This document shows, piece by piece, positions 48,886 through 59,536 of a stretch of DNA of 64,000 nucleotides. Location: positions 17,011-81,010 of the forward strand of contig DXJO01000014.1 in NCBI GenBank assembly GCA_019057475.1, given 5' to 3'. The notes beneath the pieces were generated by a model. The model saw only the letters and a list, made by a program, of their open reading frames with translations, did not search any database and was not told the DNA's origin. Origin of the DNA: Candidatus Thorarchaeota archaeon (lineage in GTDB: Archaea; Asgardarchaeota; Thorarchaeia; Thorarchaeales; Thorarchaeaceae). The number at the start of each line of letters is the position of its first letter. Positions within the stretch are counted from its first letter, which is position 1. Position numbers and translations under genes: made by a program.

Positions 48886-50247
48886 TTGGATGGAAAGTCC
48901 CTCGAGCGCAATTATCCGGCTCCTGAGAAGGAAAGGCCGGGGTGGCTTCAGTCGCTCAGGGATATCCTCTCTTGGCGTAACTACACTGTCTACCTTCTGA
49001 CTGCATGGGTGTTTAATGCAATGGCGGCCCTCTGGTCATTTTTCAATCTATACCTTCGCACTCTACAATGGGATTTCATAGCTATAGGCACGACGCTCAG
49101 TGTAGTAGCAATGGTGAGCGTGTTCGCCCGTCTGATTGGGGGGTATGTGGGTGATGTCGTTGACAGGAAGAAGCTGGCAGTAGCTGCAATGCTGATGACT
49201 GCTGTCTATTTTCTCATCATAGGCCTTTTCACGGATTTCAGTTTCATGTTCATTGGCCTGATTATTTTGGGGATGAATGATGTTGTAAAGGGCGGAGCAT
49301 CAGCTTACATCATGGACAACATACCGAGCAAACACAGTGGTCTGTCACTGTCATTATTCATGGTAGGTAGATCGCTGGGAACAGTCACCATACTCGTCTT
49401 CCTCATCATTGAACCTATTCTTGGCTTTGCGGAAACCTTCAGGCGCCTGTATCTGTTGACAGGAATCTTCTTGCTCATATGCGCTGCAGCAAGAGCATAC
49501 TATCTGGATCCCAGTCCGCAGAAAGGTAGAGTAGAAGGAACTCCTCTATGGAAAGATTTCGTGACTGAGAACCGTCAGGCGATTGGGATACTCGTTCGGA
49601 TGATGCCGGGAGTGCTCGTCATCGTCATCATTGACGCCCTTAGCGATTCATTATTCCACTTTGGTGCATTAATCTACACGAACGAGATACTGGGCGTATC
49701 ATACAGGGGCATCGCGATAATGATGTTTGTGTACCTTGCCATCTTGACCCCTCTCCTTCTCAAGACTGGGAGAATGTCCGACATGAAAGGGGCAAGAAGG
49801 GCTGCGCTGATAGCGTACATCTTCATGCCAATCTGTGCGGGCCTTCTTCTCGTTGCACCCATATTCCCCCAATGGGCGCCAGATTGGATGGTTGGTGAAG
49901 CGGAAGCAAGCATGGTGGGGCTTGGAGTCATATTCACGACGCCCTTCTTGGCTATCGTGATAAAAATGGTGAACGATGTACTGTGGTACACTATTCTCCT
50001 CGCTTTGATTCGAAAGAGGATCCCGCGAAAGGACACTGCCAAGATTCTTGCGATGTTCTGGGCAGTAGTGTATCTCTGTCAATCCATTGGCCCCCTGATT
50101 GGAGGCATCATTTTCACGTACTTCGAACAGTCCTATCTCTTTGTGGTTGTATTGGGACTTAATCTCCTAATACTGGGAGCGATAGCAAAGAACGGACTGG
50201 TGAGTGATGAAGCAGATGTCTTGGAATCGCAGAGCCCCGCAGAGTAG
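48886..50247 (+). CDS. MFS transporter
   Basis: About 12 TM helices; GGYVGDVVDRKK and GRMSDMKGARR motifs. Confidence 0.88.
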   Translation: MDGKSLERNYPAPEKERPGWLQSLRDILSWRNYTVYLLTAWVFNAMAALWSFFNLYLRTLQWDFIAIGTTLSVVAMVSVFARLIGGYVGDVVDRKKLAVAAMLMTAVYFLIIGLFTDFSFMFIGLIILGMNDVVKGGASAYIMDNIPSKHSGLSLSLFMVGRSLGTVTILVFLIIEPILGFAETFRRLYLLTGIFLLICAAARAYYLDPSPQKGRVEGTPLWKDFVTENRQAIGILVRMMPGVLVIVIIDALSDSLFHFGALIYTNEILGVSYRGIAIMMFVYLAILTPLLLKTGRMSDMKGARRAALIAYIFMPICAGLLLVAPIFPQWAPDWMVGEAEASMVGLGVIFTTPFLAIVIKMVNDVLWYTILLALIRKRIPRKDTAKILAMFWAVVYLCQSIGPLIGGIIFTYFEQSYLFVVVLGLNLLILGAIAKNGLVSDEADVLESQSPAE

Positions 50248-50346
50248 GTTCAATGACAAGACTGTATTTCTGTCATACTAGGCTTGAAGTGCGGAACCAT
50301 TCTCCGTCCGCCGGAATGCATCGTCAGTGTCTATGAGTGTGGTCGG

Positions 50347-50994
50347 ATGGACAACGACAAGCAAAGAGTGCAAGAAGTATTGAAGCAACTGAGCAGAGCC
50401 TATCCCGATGCACCGGAGACCTATCTGGATTATAGTAACGCTTTCGAGATGCTGATTGCTACAATACTCTCGGCTCACACAGCCGATGCTTGCGTGAACA
50501 CCATCACTCCTGAGCTATTCCGTCGATATCCTGATGCAGAACATCTGATGAGAGCATCATTGGAAGATATCATTGCGATAATCCGGCCCTGTGGAACATA
50601 CAACAGAAAATCCGCCTATATACGTAAATCAGCACGACTCATTGCAGAAAGCTTCGGAGGAAAGGTTCCCAAGTCCATGGAGGACCTTGTCACCCTGCCA
50701 GGGGTTTCAAGAAAGACTGCCAATGTGGTCCTGTCTGTTGTTTTCAAGATCAACGATGGTGTTGTCGTTGATACACATGTGATGCGCGTGACACAACGCT
50801 TAGACCTAACCCAACAGCAGAAGAATCGTGAGAAAGCAGAGCGCGATTTGATGGCTTTGCTTCCGAGAGAACAGTGGTATGAATACGCCAAGCTAATTGG
50901 AGCACATGGAAGGAGAACATGTAACTCTCGGAAGCCGGAATGTGACGCTTGCGCGGTCAATGACCTTTGTCCTTCTGCTGGCCGGTTCACTTAA
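50347..50994 (+). CDS. nth: Endonuclease III
   Basis: LIATILSA, LPGVSRKTANVV, VDTHV and CNSRKPECDAC. Confidence 0.93.
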   Translation: MDNDKQRVQEVLKQLSRAYPDAPETYLDYSNAFEMLIATILSAHTADACVNTITPELFRRYPDAEHLMRASLEDIIAIIRPCGTYNRKSAYIRKSARLIAESFGGKVPKSMEDLVTLPGVSRKTANVVLSVVFKINDGVVVDTHVMRVTQRLDLTQQQKNREKAERDLMALLPREQWYEYAKLIGAHGRRTCNSRKPECDACAVNDLCPSAGRFT

Positions 50995-51177
50995 GCTGCA
51001 AATCAACATGCCAACAATAGTTGTACCAACTACTGCAGAAATCAGTATCTCTATTCCTACGATTATTCAACCACCATAATTAAAGGAATTAGCACAACCA
51101 ATCTCAAAAGAGTAAGGGGGCGGAATTCCACTAGGAAGGTCAGGATTCAATCTAGTGAATTCAATAGCTACATTTGA

Positions 51178-54100
51178 TTACCGTCGTTTCTTGAGTCCTC
51201 CAATACAAGCGACAACAAGGATAACCGCACCTACAGCTATGAATATTATTAGGTCGGATAATGTAGGCTCTTCCGCAGTACTTGTTGTGGTGACAACGCT
51301 TTGGGGTGTCACAGTCACTAATACTGTATCTAATACCATATTCCCACCTAAGTCAGTAAGAACTATTGTGAAGTTGTACGTGCCTTCTGTAAGCCCAATC
51401 AAATTGTAAGTAATTGATTCACTAGACGAATTCCACAACCCCGAGCAGGTAATCGACCCATTCTCATAGATGACATACTCAGCTGGGAGAAGATCACTGC
51501 CCGTCCAAGTGATTGATTGCCCACTGGCTCCCTCCTCGAAGAGCATATCACTTGGATGACTCACAGTTGGTCCTGTTGTATCAAGAACTGTAACAATCAC
51601 CGTGTCAGTGGTTTCATGTCCTCCGAGGTCATAGATTATGATGGTAAGATTATGCACTCCAAATGAGAAGTAGTCCATATCAAAGTGGATGATTTCCGAA
51701 GTGTCATTCAGTAAACCTGCCGTTTCTATTGTTCCATTGTGGAGTATCTCATATCGTTCTGGAGCTTCATCGGATACAACCCACACCATCTCGTTATCAC
51801 TTGAACCGTATTCGAAGCTCGAATCAGGAGGTGGGTCTTGAATTACTGGCAGTACTGTGTCCACGACTGTGACCCAAACTATGTCGGTTTCACTATTTCC
51901 AAGTGTGTCATTGACAAATACGGTATAGTTCCAAATGCCGAATCCCAATCCATCCAATGAAATCGTAATGCTAGCTGGAGAGGAATCCCACAACCCTTCC
52001 CGGATCAATGAATTGTTTCTGTAGATTTCATATCTGCTGGGATTGAGATCCTCCACTGTCCAGGTCACATTAGTTCCCTGTGTTCCTACCTCTATTTCTA
52101 CAGCATCAGACTCCTCAAAGACTGGTGCTTCACTAGGTGTCACATTTACCCATACACTATCGATTGCTGAGTTTCCAACAGTATCATTAACAAACAACGT
52201 GTAGTTGTAAAGAGCGGAAGTTGGACCATCCACTGATCGTTCTAATGCAGAGCCATTCCAACCCCCAGATGCAACTTCACTTTCGTTTTCGTATAACACG
52301 TACTTATGGGGACGCAAAGCTTCGGGTTCCCATCTAACAAGATGACCTGTTGTTCCTACCTCATATTTCACATCGGAAGGTGAATCAATACTGCAATAGT
52401 CATATACTGAATCTAGAACATGAATTGTCATATTCAGACCGGTATGCCATACACCACTGGCCCGGATGTATGCTTGAACTGTTACGTAGGTCCCATGCGT
52501 TTGAGGTGAGAGCTCGTAGAAATAATTCTCCATATCTTCTTCTGCAGAAACAAAGACATTGGCTGTGATGGTATGGTTAGTCCATGCTCCGTGGCCAATC
52601 TTTACGCTTAGAATAACTTCCTCAACGTTTGGATAGAGTCCGTGAGCATACACTGTAATATTGGCTGTATCACTGCTAGTTGGTATATTTGGAGACCAAT
52701 ATAGATTAACTTCTTCCATTGCATCTGCGTCAGCAATCTCCCAGTCAAAATCATAGATATCTTGATACCACTGTGCGATTCCTTGATGTTGAACAATGAC
52801 TCCTGCCTCTCGATTCGATGTGATACTATTGTCACTGTAGTTTATGCTGCTTACAAGAACAATTATTCCATCAACAATGATACCTTTGTTATGATTAGCT
52901 GTGAACCATCGTGTGTCATGCCAAACAATCGGGATACCATGGCCAATTAGAATCTGTTCAATCTCGACCCAGTCCTTTTCTTCCTCCGAGATAACACGTA
53001 CAGTTACTCCACGGTCATTGGCTGCGAGAATTGCATCGATTATTTCATCGACAGCTCCTGCATCGCCTACATTAGTGAAGTATGGTATCTGAATGTCCAG
53101 AGTAAACCGTGATTGGTTGATACACCAGAGAACACCATCAAGACTTGTTTCTGGACCGAAGATTGGTGTGACAGACATTGTACCACTAAACTCACCTTGT
53201 GTCGCAAAAGGTCGCTTGTAAGTGCTTGAAGATTGTGAATAGGTGAGTGCAGTTCCGGTCCCATGGACGGTTGCGTTGTAGTCAGTTCCTCTATACCAAT
53301 CATTCTGAAACACAGATAGGTAGAAGTCTGTAACATCATCATCCTCAATTGCTATGGACCATTCACGATTCGCTTTATTTCCAGCCTCAGGGAAACTTGT
53401 CTTTGCCCAATTTCCAGAATGAACAACTGTTGTCTTGTTATCAATAATGAAGAATTTTTGATGTGCAAATGTAAAATCTGATGAATTAGTCCACTTCACG
53501 GGAAATCCTAAGAGAGTAAGATTGTTTGCTACGTAGTCGTTCTGGCTATAATATCCAAGACTATTCCATCCGAGTAGGAATTTCATGTCGATTTCCGGAT
53601 TTGTATCATTAATGCTATGAATCAGGTCTAGTATGTACGGGTTGTTGATTCCGTAGATTTCCAAATAGATTGACTCATTCGCACTCAGCAAGAAACTCCA
53701 TAGTTCGTCTCTACTCCCATCAGGAGATACAAAGGTTGTTATATTCATGTTTCCAGTAAACGTTCGAAATTTGATTGGCTTGGAGTTTGGGACATCACGT
53801 TCAGTTAGTGTTACGCCTCCCACACTACTTGGGACAATAATGCTTCCATTAGCGATTCCTTTTCGCATATCTTCTACTTCGTCGAGAACGCTTTGGGGTA
53901 GTTCTAACAGGTCTGGTTGAAGTTCTATGTGAACTCCTCCGTTTTCAACATTCAGAGATTTGTTTCCCCCCGAGAATGTCCCATTGAGTACATGACTCAC
54001 AATGCTCATGATCCCTGGTGTGGAATTCCTAATCATAGATGTCAGTCCGACTGTTGGGGGAGCTGGATTATCCGGGTCTGCACAGCCATCCTTCATTCGA

Positions 54101-54930
54101 GGATAGTCTCCGCCAATTACCCACAATGGATTATCATAACCAACGGTATTATTGTGGTTCTTTGCACTTGTGTATGCTCCAAGACCTGCTATTGCTGCTG
54201 ATGTGTAGATTATGTCTGTTCCAGTGAAATACATCCCATCAGCCAACATCTGACCTATAGTAGTATCAGTCCAATCACCGGTGTAAGCAACAGTGAAATT
54301 ACTTCCGTCAACCATTGGATTCGTGTAATTTGCACCAAAATGAAATCCATCCTCGTAATCATTGATAATTGGAATATCCATTCCGCCAATGAACCCTATT
54401 TTATCAGAGATTGTGGTTAGGCCAGCAATAGCTCCAACCAAAGCAGATCCTTCAGCGGTATCGAAGAGCAAGGATGCAACATTAGGATAGGTTGCGTTAT
54501 CTGTGTAGGAATCAACAATAGCAAAGTTTTGGTCAGGATAATCTCCAGCAACTTCTTCTAAAGCGCTAGATTGATAGAACCCTATAGATATGATGAGATC
54601 ATAAGGTTCAGAGTAACTTGGGTTTTCTAGATAATTCCTAAGATGACTCTCATACTCAGAGTTCGAAGTTGGTTCTGAATATTCAAAATCGACACACCAC
54701 CTATTCTTAATTCCCAGGAGGGCTTGATACATTTGATCGTTGTAGCTGTCAAAGCCTACACCTGAAGCTGAAAATACAACTGCAACCTTCCAAGAAAGAT
54801 CTGATTGCCCAAATTGACGTTGATTTATTCGATAGACAAGATCAACTGGATTACTTGTCATGCTTACAAAGAAACCTACCAACATAACTGCAACAATGGA
54901 TAATCTCACACATTTGGTGCGATAGATCAA
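51178..54930 (-). CDS. Surface protein fusing a BMP/PnrA-type binding domain, a two-HKD phospholipase D domain, Ig-like repeats and a C-terminal TM anchor
   Basis: DSYN, EGSALVGAIAG and IGFIGGMDIP; HQKFFIID and HNKGIIVD; about four W...G.W...YNYT...D..GN...D.V.V.V repeats. Confidence 0.88.
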   Translation of the reverse strand: MIYRTKCVRLSIVAVMLVGFFVSMTSNPVDLVYRINQRQFGQSDLSWKVAVVFSASGVGFDSYNDQMYQALLGIKNRWCVDFEYSEPTSNSEYESHLRNYLENPSYSEPYDLIISIGFYQSSALEEVAGDYPDQNFAIVDSYTDNATYPNVASLLFDTAEGSALVGAIAGLTTISDKIGFIGGMDIPIINDYEDGFHFGANYTNPMVDGSNFTVAYTGDWTDTTIGQMLADGMYFTGTDIIYTSAAIAGLGAYTSAKNHNNTVGYDNPLWVIGGDYPRMKDGCADPDNPAPPTVGLTSMIRNSTPGIMSIVSHVLNGTFSGGNKSLNVENGGVHIELQPDLLELPQSVLDEVEDMRKGIANGSIIVPSSVGGVTLTERDVPNSKPIKFRTFTGNMNITTFVSPDGSRDELWSFLLSANESIYLEIYGINNPYILDLIHSINDTNPEIDMKFLLGWNSLGYYSQNDYVANNLTLLGFPVKWTNSSDFTFAHQKFFIIDNKTTVVHSGNWAKTSFPEAGNKANREWSIAIEDDDVTDFYLSVFQNDWYRGTDYNATVHGTGTALTYSQSSSTYKRPFATQGEFSGTMSVTPIFGPETSLDGVLWCINQSRFTLDIQIPYFTNVGDAGAVDEIIDAILAANDRGVTVRVISEEEKDWVEIEQILIGHGIPIVWHDTRWFTANHNKGIIVDGIIVLVSSINYSDNSITSNREAGVIVQHQGIAQWYQDIYDFDWEIADADAMEEVNLYWSPNIPTSSDTANITVYAHGLYPNVEEVILSVKIGHGAWTNHTITANVFVSAEEDMENYFYELSPQTHGTYVTVQAYIRASGVWHTGLNMTIHVLDSVYDYCSIDSPSDVKYEVGTTGHLVRWEPEALRPHKYVLYENESEVASGGWNGSALERSVDGPTSALYNYTLFVNDTVGNSAIDSVWVNVTPSEAPVFEESDAVEIEVGTQGTNVTWTVEDLNPSRYEIYRNNSLIREGLWDSSPASITISLDGLGFGIWNYTVFVNDTLGNSETDIVWVTVVDTVLPVIQDPPPDSSFEYGSSDNEMVWVVSDEAPERYEILHNGTIETAGLLNDTSEIIHFDMDYFSFGVHNLTIIIYDLGGHETTDTVIVTVLDTTGPTVSHPSDMLFEEGASGQSITWTGSDLLPAEYVIYENGSITCSGLWNSSSESITYNLIGLTEGTYNFTIVLTDLGGNMVLDTVLVTVTPQSVVTTTSTAEEPTLSDLIIFIAVGAVILVVACIGGLKKRR

Positions 54931-55110
54931 TCATCAAACCCCCAATGGACTCGAGAACAATAGAAGAAACAATCAACCTAAAAAAGATTTCAGCACTGAA
55001 TTCACCGGGTCCTTCTGCTGGCGGGTTCACTTGAGTCACAAGCTATCGAAAAAGCCTAAAGAGAAGTGAGAAGCCGAGCACTACGTACACACGAATCGAG
55101 GTCAGCTACG

Positions 55111-56202
55111 ATGAGGATTGGCATGGTAAGCAAGTTCGGCGCCGCAGACGGACTATGTGTACGTGCCAATCAGGTGCTAGAGGGCCTTTTGGATCGAGGG
55201 CATGATGTGCATATCTTCGCACAATCCTATACGGGAAGTAATCTTCCTGAAGACCATGTGCATAGGATTCCTGCGGTACATCTGAATCCTCATTACTCGC
55301 TCGACTCGCCTGCAGCTGGGAAAATGATTGCCAAGGAGAGCCAACGACATGGCATTGAAGTCTTGCACGTTCAGATGAACTCCGGGAGTACTGAGTTTCT
55401 GCTTCCATCTTTCAAGAAGGCGTTGCCACCACTCGTGGTGACCTTTCATCTGGCATATGCCAGCGAGGCTTCATTTTACACCACGCTATTCAGTATAGCA
55501 TGGAAGGCGTCCCTCTTCGCAAGCAAGAGATATAACCAGATTGTACTCGTTGACCCATCGCAGAAACCATACTTCATCGATTACGGGATTCCAGAGGATA
55601 AACTCAACGTGATTAGAAATGGTGTCGACACGAAACTATTCAGTCCTAGAATGAACGAGAACGACAAGGATGGCATTGTAGACTTCGTATACGTTGGGCG
55701 ACTAAGCTTTGACAAGGGTGTAGACATTCTCCTCGATGCCTTCAAGGAGTATCACAGGGAAAATCCAGATACGAGATTGACCCTTCTCGGCGATGGTATG
55801 TTGAAGTCGCAACTAGTAAACTGTGTCAAGGATGGCTCTGTAAGATGGCCGGGAACAATTGACCACTCGCAGATTCCAACAGTTTTCAGACGGGGAGACG
55901 TCTTTGTGATTCCCCAGAACATAGGCGGACTAAGTCTTAGTGTTATGGAAGCAATGAGCTGTGGACTTCCGGTCATCACCACCGCCATTGGTGAAACCAC
56001 CAAGCTCCTAAGTGAGAAAGAGGGTATACTTGTGAAACCCAATAGCACAGCCGCTGTCGTTGAAGCTATGCGTCGCCTTGCTGAGGACCGTGAGCTCAGG
56101 CGTTCAATGGGAAAGCGGTGTCGAGAGAAGGTGGAGAAAGAATACTCTTGGACTACACAGCTGGAACAACTTGAGAAAGTCTATGAACGAGCAACCTCCT
56201 AG
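55111..56202 (+). CDS. GT4 glycosyltransferase
   Basis: NGVD, VGRL...KG and EAMSCGLPVI. Confidence 0.92.
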   Translation: MRIGMVSKFGAADGLCVRANQVLEGLLDRGHDVHIFAQSYTGSNLPEDHVHRIPAVHLNPHYSLDSPAAGKMIAKESQRHGIEVLHVQMNSGSTEFLLPSFKKALPPLVVTFHLAYASEASFYTTLFSIAWKASLFASKRYNQIVLVDPSQKPYFIDYGIPEDKLNVIRNGVDTKLFSPRMNENDKDGIVDFVYVGRLSFDKGVDILLDAFKEYHRENPDTRLTLLGDGMLKSQLVNCVKDGSVRWPGTIDHSQIPTVFRRGDVFVIPQNIGGLSLSVMEAMSCGLPVITTAIGETTKLLSEKEGILVKPNSTAAVVEAMRRLAEDRELRRSMGKRCREKVEKEYSWTTQLEQLEKVYERATS

Positions 56203-56215
56203 GGAGTGATAACTA

Positions 56216-57514
56216 ATGCATGACATCCGATTCATCCGCGAAAATGTGGAACTCATTCGAGAAGACCTCCGCAAGCGCCGAAACGATGCGAAGTTGGAGA
56301 TGTTTGAGCGATTACTCGCCCTTGATTCTGAAATTAGATCGCTAAGGAAAAGAATCCAGGAACTTAGAACTGATCGGAATCGCCTGTCCAAGGAGATTGG
56401 GAAGCTGAAGAAGTCAGGTGAGGAAGACTCTGACCTTGTCAAGAAAGTTAACGGAGTGAATTCAGAGATTCAAAAGGTCGAAACGAAGACCGCTAAGCTC
56501 GAACTTGAGCTGAGGAAAATTCAGATGAGCATCCCCAACATCCTTCACGAATCCGTCCCCTATGGCAAGGATGAGGAAGACAACGTAGTAGTGAGGGAGT
56601 GGGGTGGTCGTCCTCAATTTGGCTTTGAAATCCGGAGCCATGTGGACCTCTTGAAGACACTTGATGTTGGAGATATCGCGAGAGCAGCCAAGATAGCGGG
56701 ATCTAGGTTCTACTTCCTGAAGAATGAACTTGTACTGCTAGATTTGGCAATGCAGCAGATGGCATTAGAGATACTTCTCAAAAAGGGTTACACACCGATA
56801 TATCCGCCCTTTATGATGCGACGGGAGCCGTATGAAGGCGTCACGGACCTTGCAGACTTTGAGGAGGTCATGTACAAAATTGAGGGAGAAAACCTGTATC
56901 TCATTGCCACCTCAGAGCATCCAATGGCGGCAATGCATATGGGAGAGATATTCGAACCCACGGATTTGCCCATAAAATTGGCGGGAGTTGCTACCCAATT
57001 CAGGAAAGAGGCGGGATCCCACGGGAAGGACACAAAGGGTATCTTTAGAGTGCATCAATTCACCAAGGTCGAGCAGTTTGTGCTCAGTCATCCTGATGAG
57101 TCTTGGCGTATTCATGAGGAGCTCATAAGGAATGAGGAGGAAATGGCTCAGGCATTGAAGCTGCCTTATCGTATTGTGAACGTCTGCACAGGAGACATCG
57201 GAATCGTTGCAGCCAAGAAGTATGACCTCGAGTTCTGGATGCCCGGTCAAGAGAAATATCGAGAAGGGGGTTCATGCAGCAATTGCACTGCATATCAAGC
57301 GACTCGACTCAACATTAAGTACAGGCTGAAAAAAGGTGGCACTGAGAAATCATACCCCCATACGCTAAACAGTACAATGATGGCTAACCCCAGAACTATG
57401 GTAGCGATTCTCGAAAACTGCCAGAGGGAAGACGGAAGCATCGAGATTCCCAAGGCACTACACAAATACCTACCCTCAGAGGTAAGGACGATTTCTCCAA
57501 GAAAAGCGAAATGA
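56216..57514 (+). CDS. serS: Seryl-tRNA synthetase
   Basis: N-terminal coiled coil, LIATSE, FRKEAG, RVHQF.KVE, KKYDLE and HTLN. Confidence 0.97.
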   Translation: MHDIRFIRENVELIREDLRKRRNDAKLEMFERLLALDSEIRSLRKRIQELRTDRNRLSKEIGKLKKSGEEDSDLVKKVNGVNSEIQKVETKTAKLELELRKIQMSIPNILHESVPYGKDEEDNVVVREWGGRPQFGFEIRSHVDLLKTLDVGDIARAAKIAGSRFYFLKNELVLLDLAMQQMALEILLKKGYTPIYPPFMMRREPYEGVTDLADFEEVMYKIEGENLYLIATSEHPMAAMHMGEIFEPTDLPIKLAGVATQFRKEAGSHGKDTKGIFRVHQFTKVEQFVLSHPDESWRIHEELIRNEEEMAQALKLPYRIVNVCTGDIGIVAAKKYDLEFWMPGQEKYREGGSCSNCTAYQATRLNIKYRLKKGGTEKSYPHTLNSTMMANPRTMVAILENCQREDGSIEIPKALHKYLPSEVRTISPRKAK

Positions 57515-57602
57515 ACTCCCAGTCACTGTTCAGGGAGCCCAAAGCTATGGGCAAATCATCATGCTTAAAACTACATGATTTGCCAACTCATCGGGAAAGA
57601 CG

Positions 57603-58073
57603 ATGACTGGTGTCAACCAAGCATTCGAACGATTAATCTCCCTTGCGATTAAGAGGGAGGAAGAAGCCTACGAGTTCTACACTAAGGCTTCAGAGAAATC
57701 AGACTTCAAGTCCTCAGCCAAACTGCTTCACGATCTTGCGAAGCAGGAAGTGGGGCACAAACACAAGTTACAAGCGGCTCTCAAGGAGGGGGTTTGTGAC
57801 ACCTTCACCTGTGAAACTGGCGCAGAGGTTGAAGAGATGGATCTCAGCAAATATCTGCTCGACATACCACTCGACCCCTCATCAGGACCACAGGATGTCG
57901 TGATTGTAGCAATAAAGCGTGAAGAGGCTGCGTACAACTTCTACAAGGCGCTCTCTGAGCTCACAGGTAGTGGTTCTCATAGAACTGTTTTCGAATCACT
58001 CGCCGAAGAAGAGAAGGGTCATAAGGCACGACTGCAGAACATGTATGATGATCACTTCCAGCAAGATATGTGA
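57603..58073 (+). CDS. Ferritin-like/rubrerythrin family protein
   Basis: Two AIKREE.AY.FY...E..H repeats. Confidence 0.88.
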   Translation: MTGVNQAFERLISLAIKREEEAYEFYTKASEKSDFKSSAKLLHDLAKQEVGHKHKLQAALKEGVCDTFTCETGAEVEEMDLSKYLLDIPLDPSSGPQDVVIVAIKREEAAYNFYKALSELTGSGSHRTVFESLAEEEKGHKARLQNMYDDHFQQDM

Positions 58074-58135
58074 AGAAGGCCGTACAAACGGCCTTCGCGC
58101 TGTTACTTTCAAGTTCAACAGTATTGACTCGGACA

Positions 58136-59440
58136 CTATATTCTATGCAGCTTCTGTGCTGCAATGAATGTTAGGCCTCGTTTCGTCAGTTCCTCTGCAG
58201 TCCTATTGAGTGAATGATGCTTGTCCAAGTAGTTAATCAAGAGCTTGGGCATCAATCCAGCTTCATCTATCTTAGACTTCGGAAGGAAGTACTCGGAGAT
58301 GTCACTTGGGTGATCCCGTGCGGCATCTATCTCTGGCACTCCGCCTTCATGCTTGGCACTAATGTTCTTCACGTGGTCTGCGATATCTAGCAGCTCGTCA
58401 AGTCGATCGTAGGGCTGCCGAACAATACTCTTGTAGGTTTCTATGATGTGATGTTCAATGCGGACAACATCCTCAAAACCGAAGGCCTCCCGAATGTAGG
58501 CTGACATCTCGATTGTTTCGTTGTCAACGCTATTGCTCAGGTTGAAGCCAATTAGCGGGCTCGTCCCGTCAGGTCTGCGGAATAGATAGGCAGTCATCAA
58601 TGTCCATAGTACTGCATAGGGATTGTCATTGCCCATGTAGACACTGATCTTGAACTCCATGTCGATGCCAAGCTTATGCATCATGTAACCTAACATCACA
58701 CTTCCGGAGTTGACATTCAAGACCTGTCTGATGCCATATTCAGTGTAGTAATGCAGGAACTCGTCGACCCATTTCAATGGGAGATTGTTTGGCATTCCTA
58801 TACCGCCAAAGGCACCAGTAACACAGCCAAGGCCGCTGGGACAGCCAAGGTGTACATTCAGAGGAAGTCCATCAGGTCCGGGCAGAGTTCCCTTTGTGTC
58901 GAGAGTTTCCACGTATGAAGCCCCTACAATTTGCATCGCGGCTGCAAAGGCAATCACGTGATCATCGGCGGTTTGTTCCGTCATGTTCCGTACACGAATG
59001 AAGCGGCCGGGCATAAGCTCCTGCTTCTCAATGGCCCGTTTAGCTTCCTCGATAATCCACGGGAAGAACTGACACGCGCTAATTTCAAGCGTGATGGCAA
59101 ATGACTCGTCGAAGGACATGGAGTCTGCCTTATCACCGAGCAACTTCCTGCGATAGTCAGGAATGGAGATGAATGCATTATTTTCGCGCTGTTTCTGAAG
59201 CCATTCCAAATCCTCAATGTAGGGCGACTTTTTGGCCTCTAGCTTGGCCATTAGGTTCTCGAGCTTCCGAGCCTCCTCAGCCTTCCTATTAACTTCATCA
59301 ACACCACCATGCCTCTCAATGACCTCAATCAAGTCATTGACCAACGGATTGTCGTCCTTCATCAGGAATTCGTTAATCGTATCGAGCCTTGCGGCGTCGA
59401 TTCTGAGTTTCTGCTTGTCTATCATGCTCCAAACTTCCAC
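58136..59440 (-). CDS. Hypothetical protein (434 aa, soluble, enzyme-like)
   Basis: Long clean ORF; no family assigned by eye. Confidence 0.7.
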   Translation of the reverse strand: MEVWSMIDKQKLRIDAARLDTINEFLMKDDNPLVNDLIEVIERHGGVDEVNRKAEEARKLENLMAKLEAKKSPYIEDLEWLQKQRENNAFISIPDYRRKLLGDKADSMSFDESFAITLEISACQFFPWIIEEAKRAIEKQELMPGRFIRVRNMTEQTADDHVIAFAAAMQIVGASYVETLDTKGTLPGPDGLPLNVHLGCPSGLGCVTGAFGGIGMPNNLPLKWVDEFLHYYTEYGIRQVLNVNSGSVMLGYMMHKLGIDMEFKISVYMGNDNPYAVLWTLMTAYLFRRPDGTSPLIGFNLSNSVDNETIEMSAYIREAFGFEDVVRIEHHIIETYKSIVRQPYDRLDELLDIADHVKNISAKHEGGVPEIDAARDHPSDISEYFLPKSKIDEAGLMPKLLINYLDKHHSLNRTAEELTKRGLTFIAAQKLHRI

Positions 59441-59536
59441 TTTGATTCAAACTACGTGATTGTGGGGATATGGATTTGGACAATCGTGTAGTAAAAAACG
59501 CTATCGGCTGCACAATTCTCGTGTCAAGAACGATCG

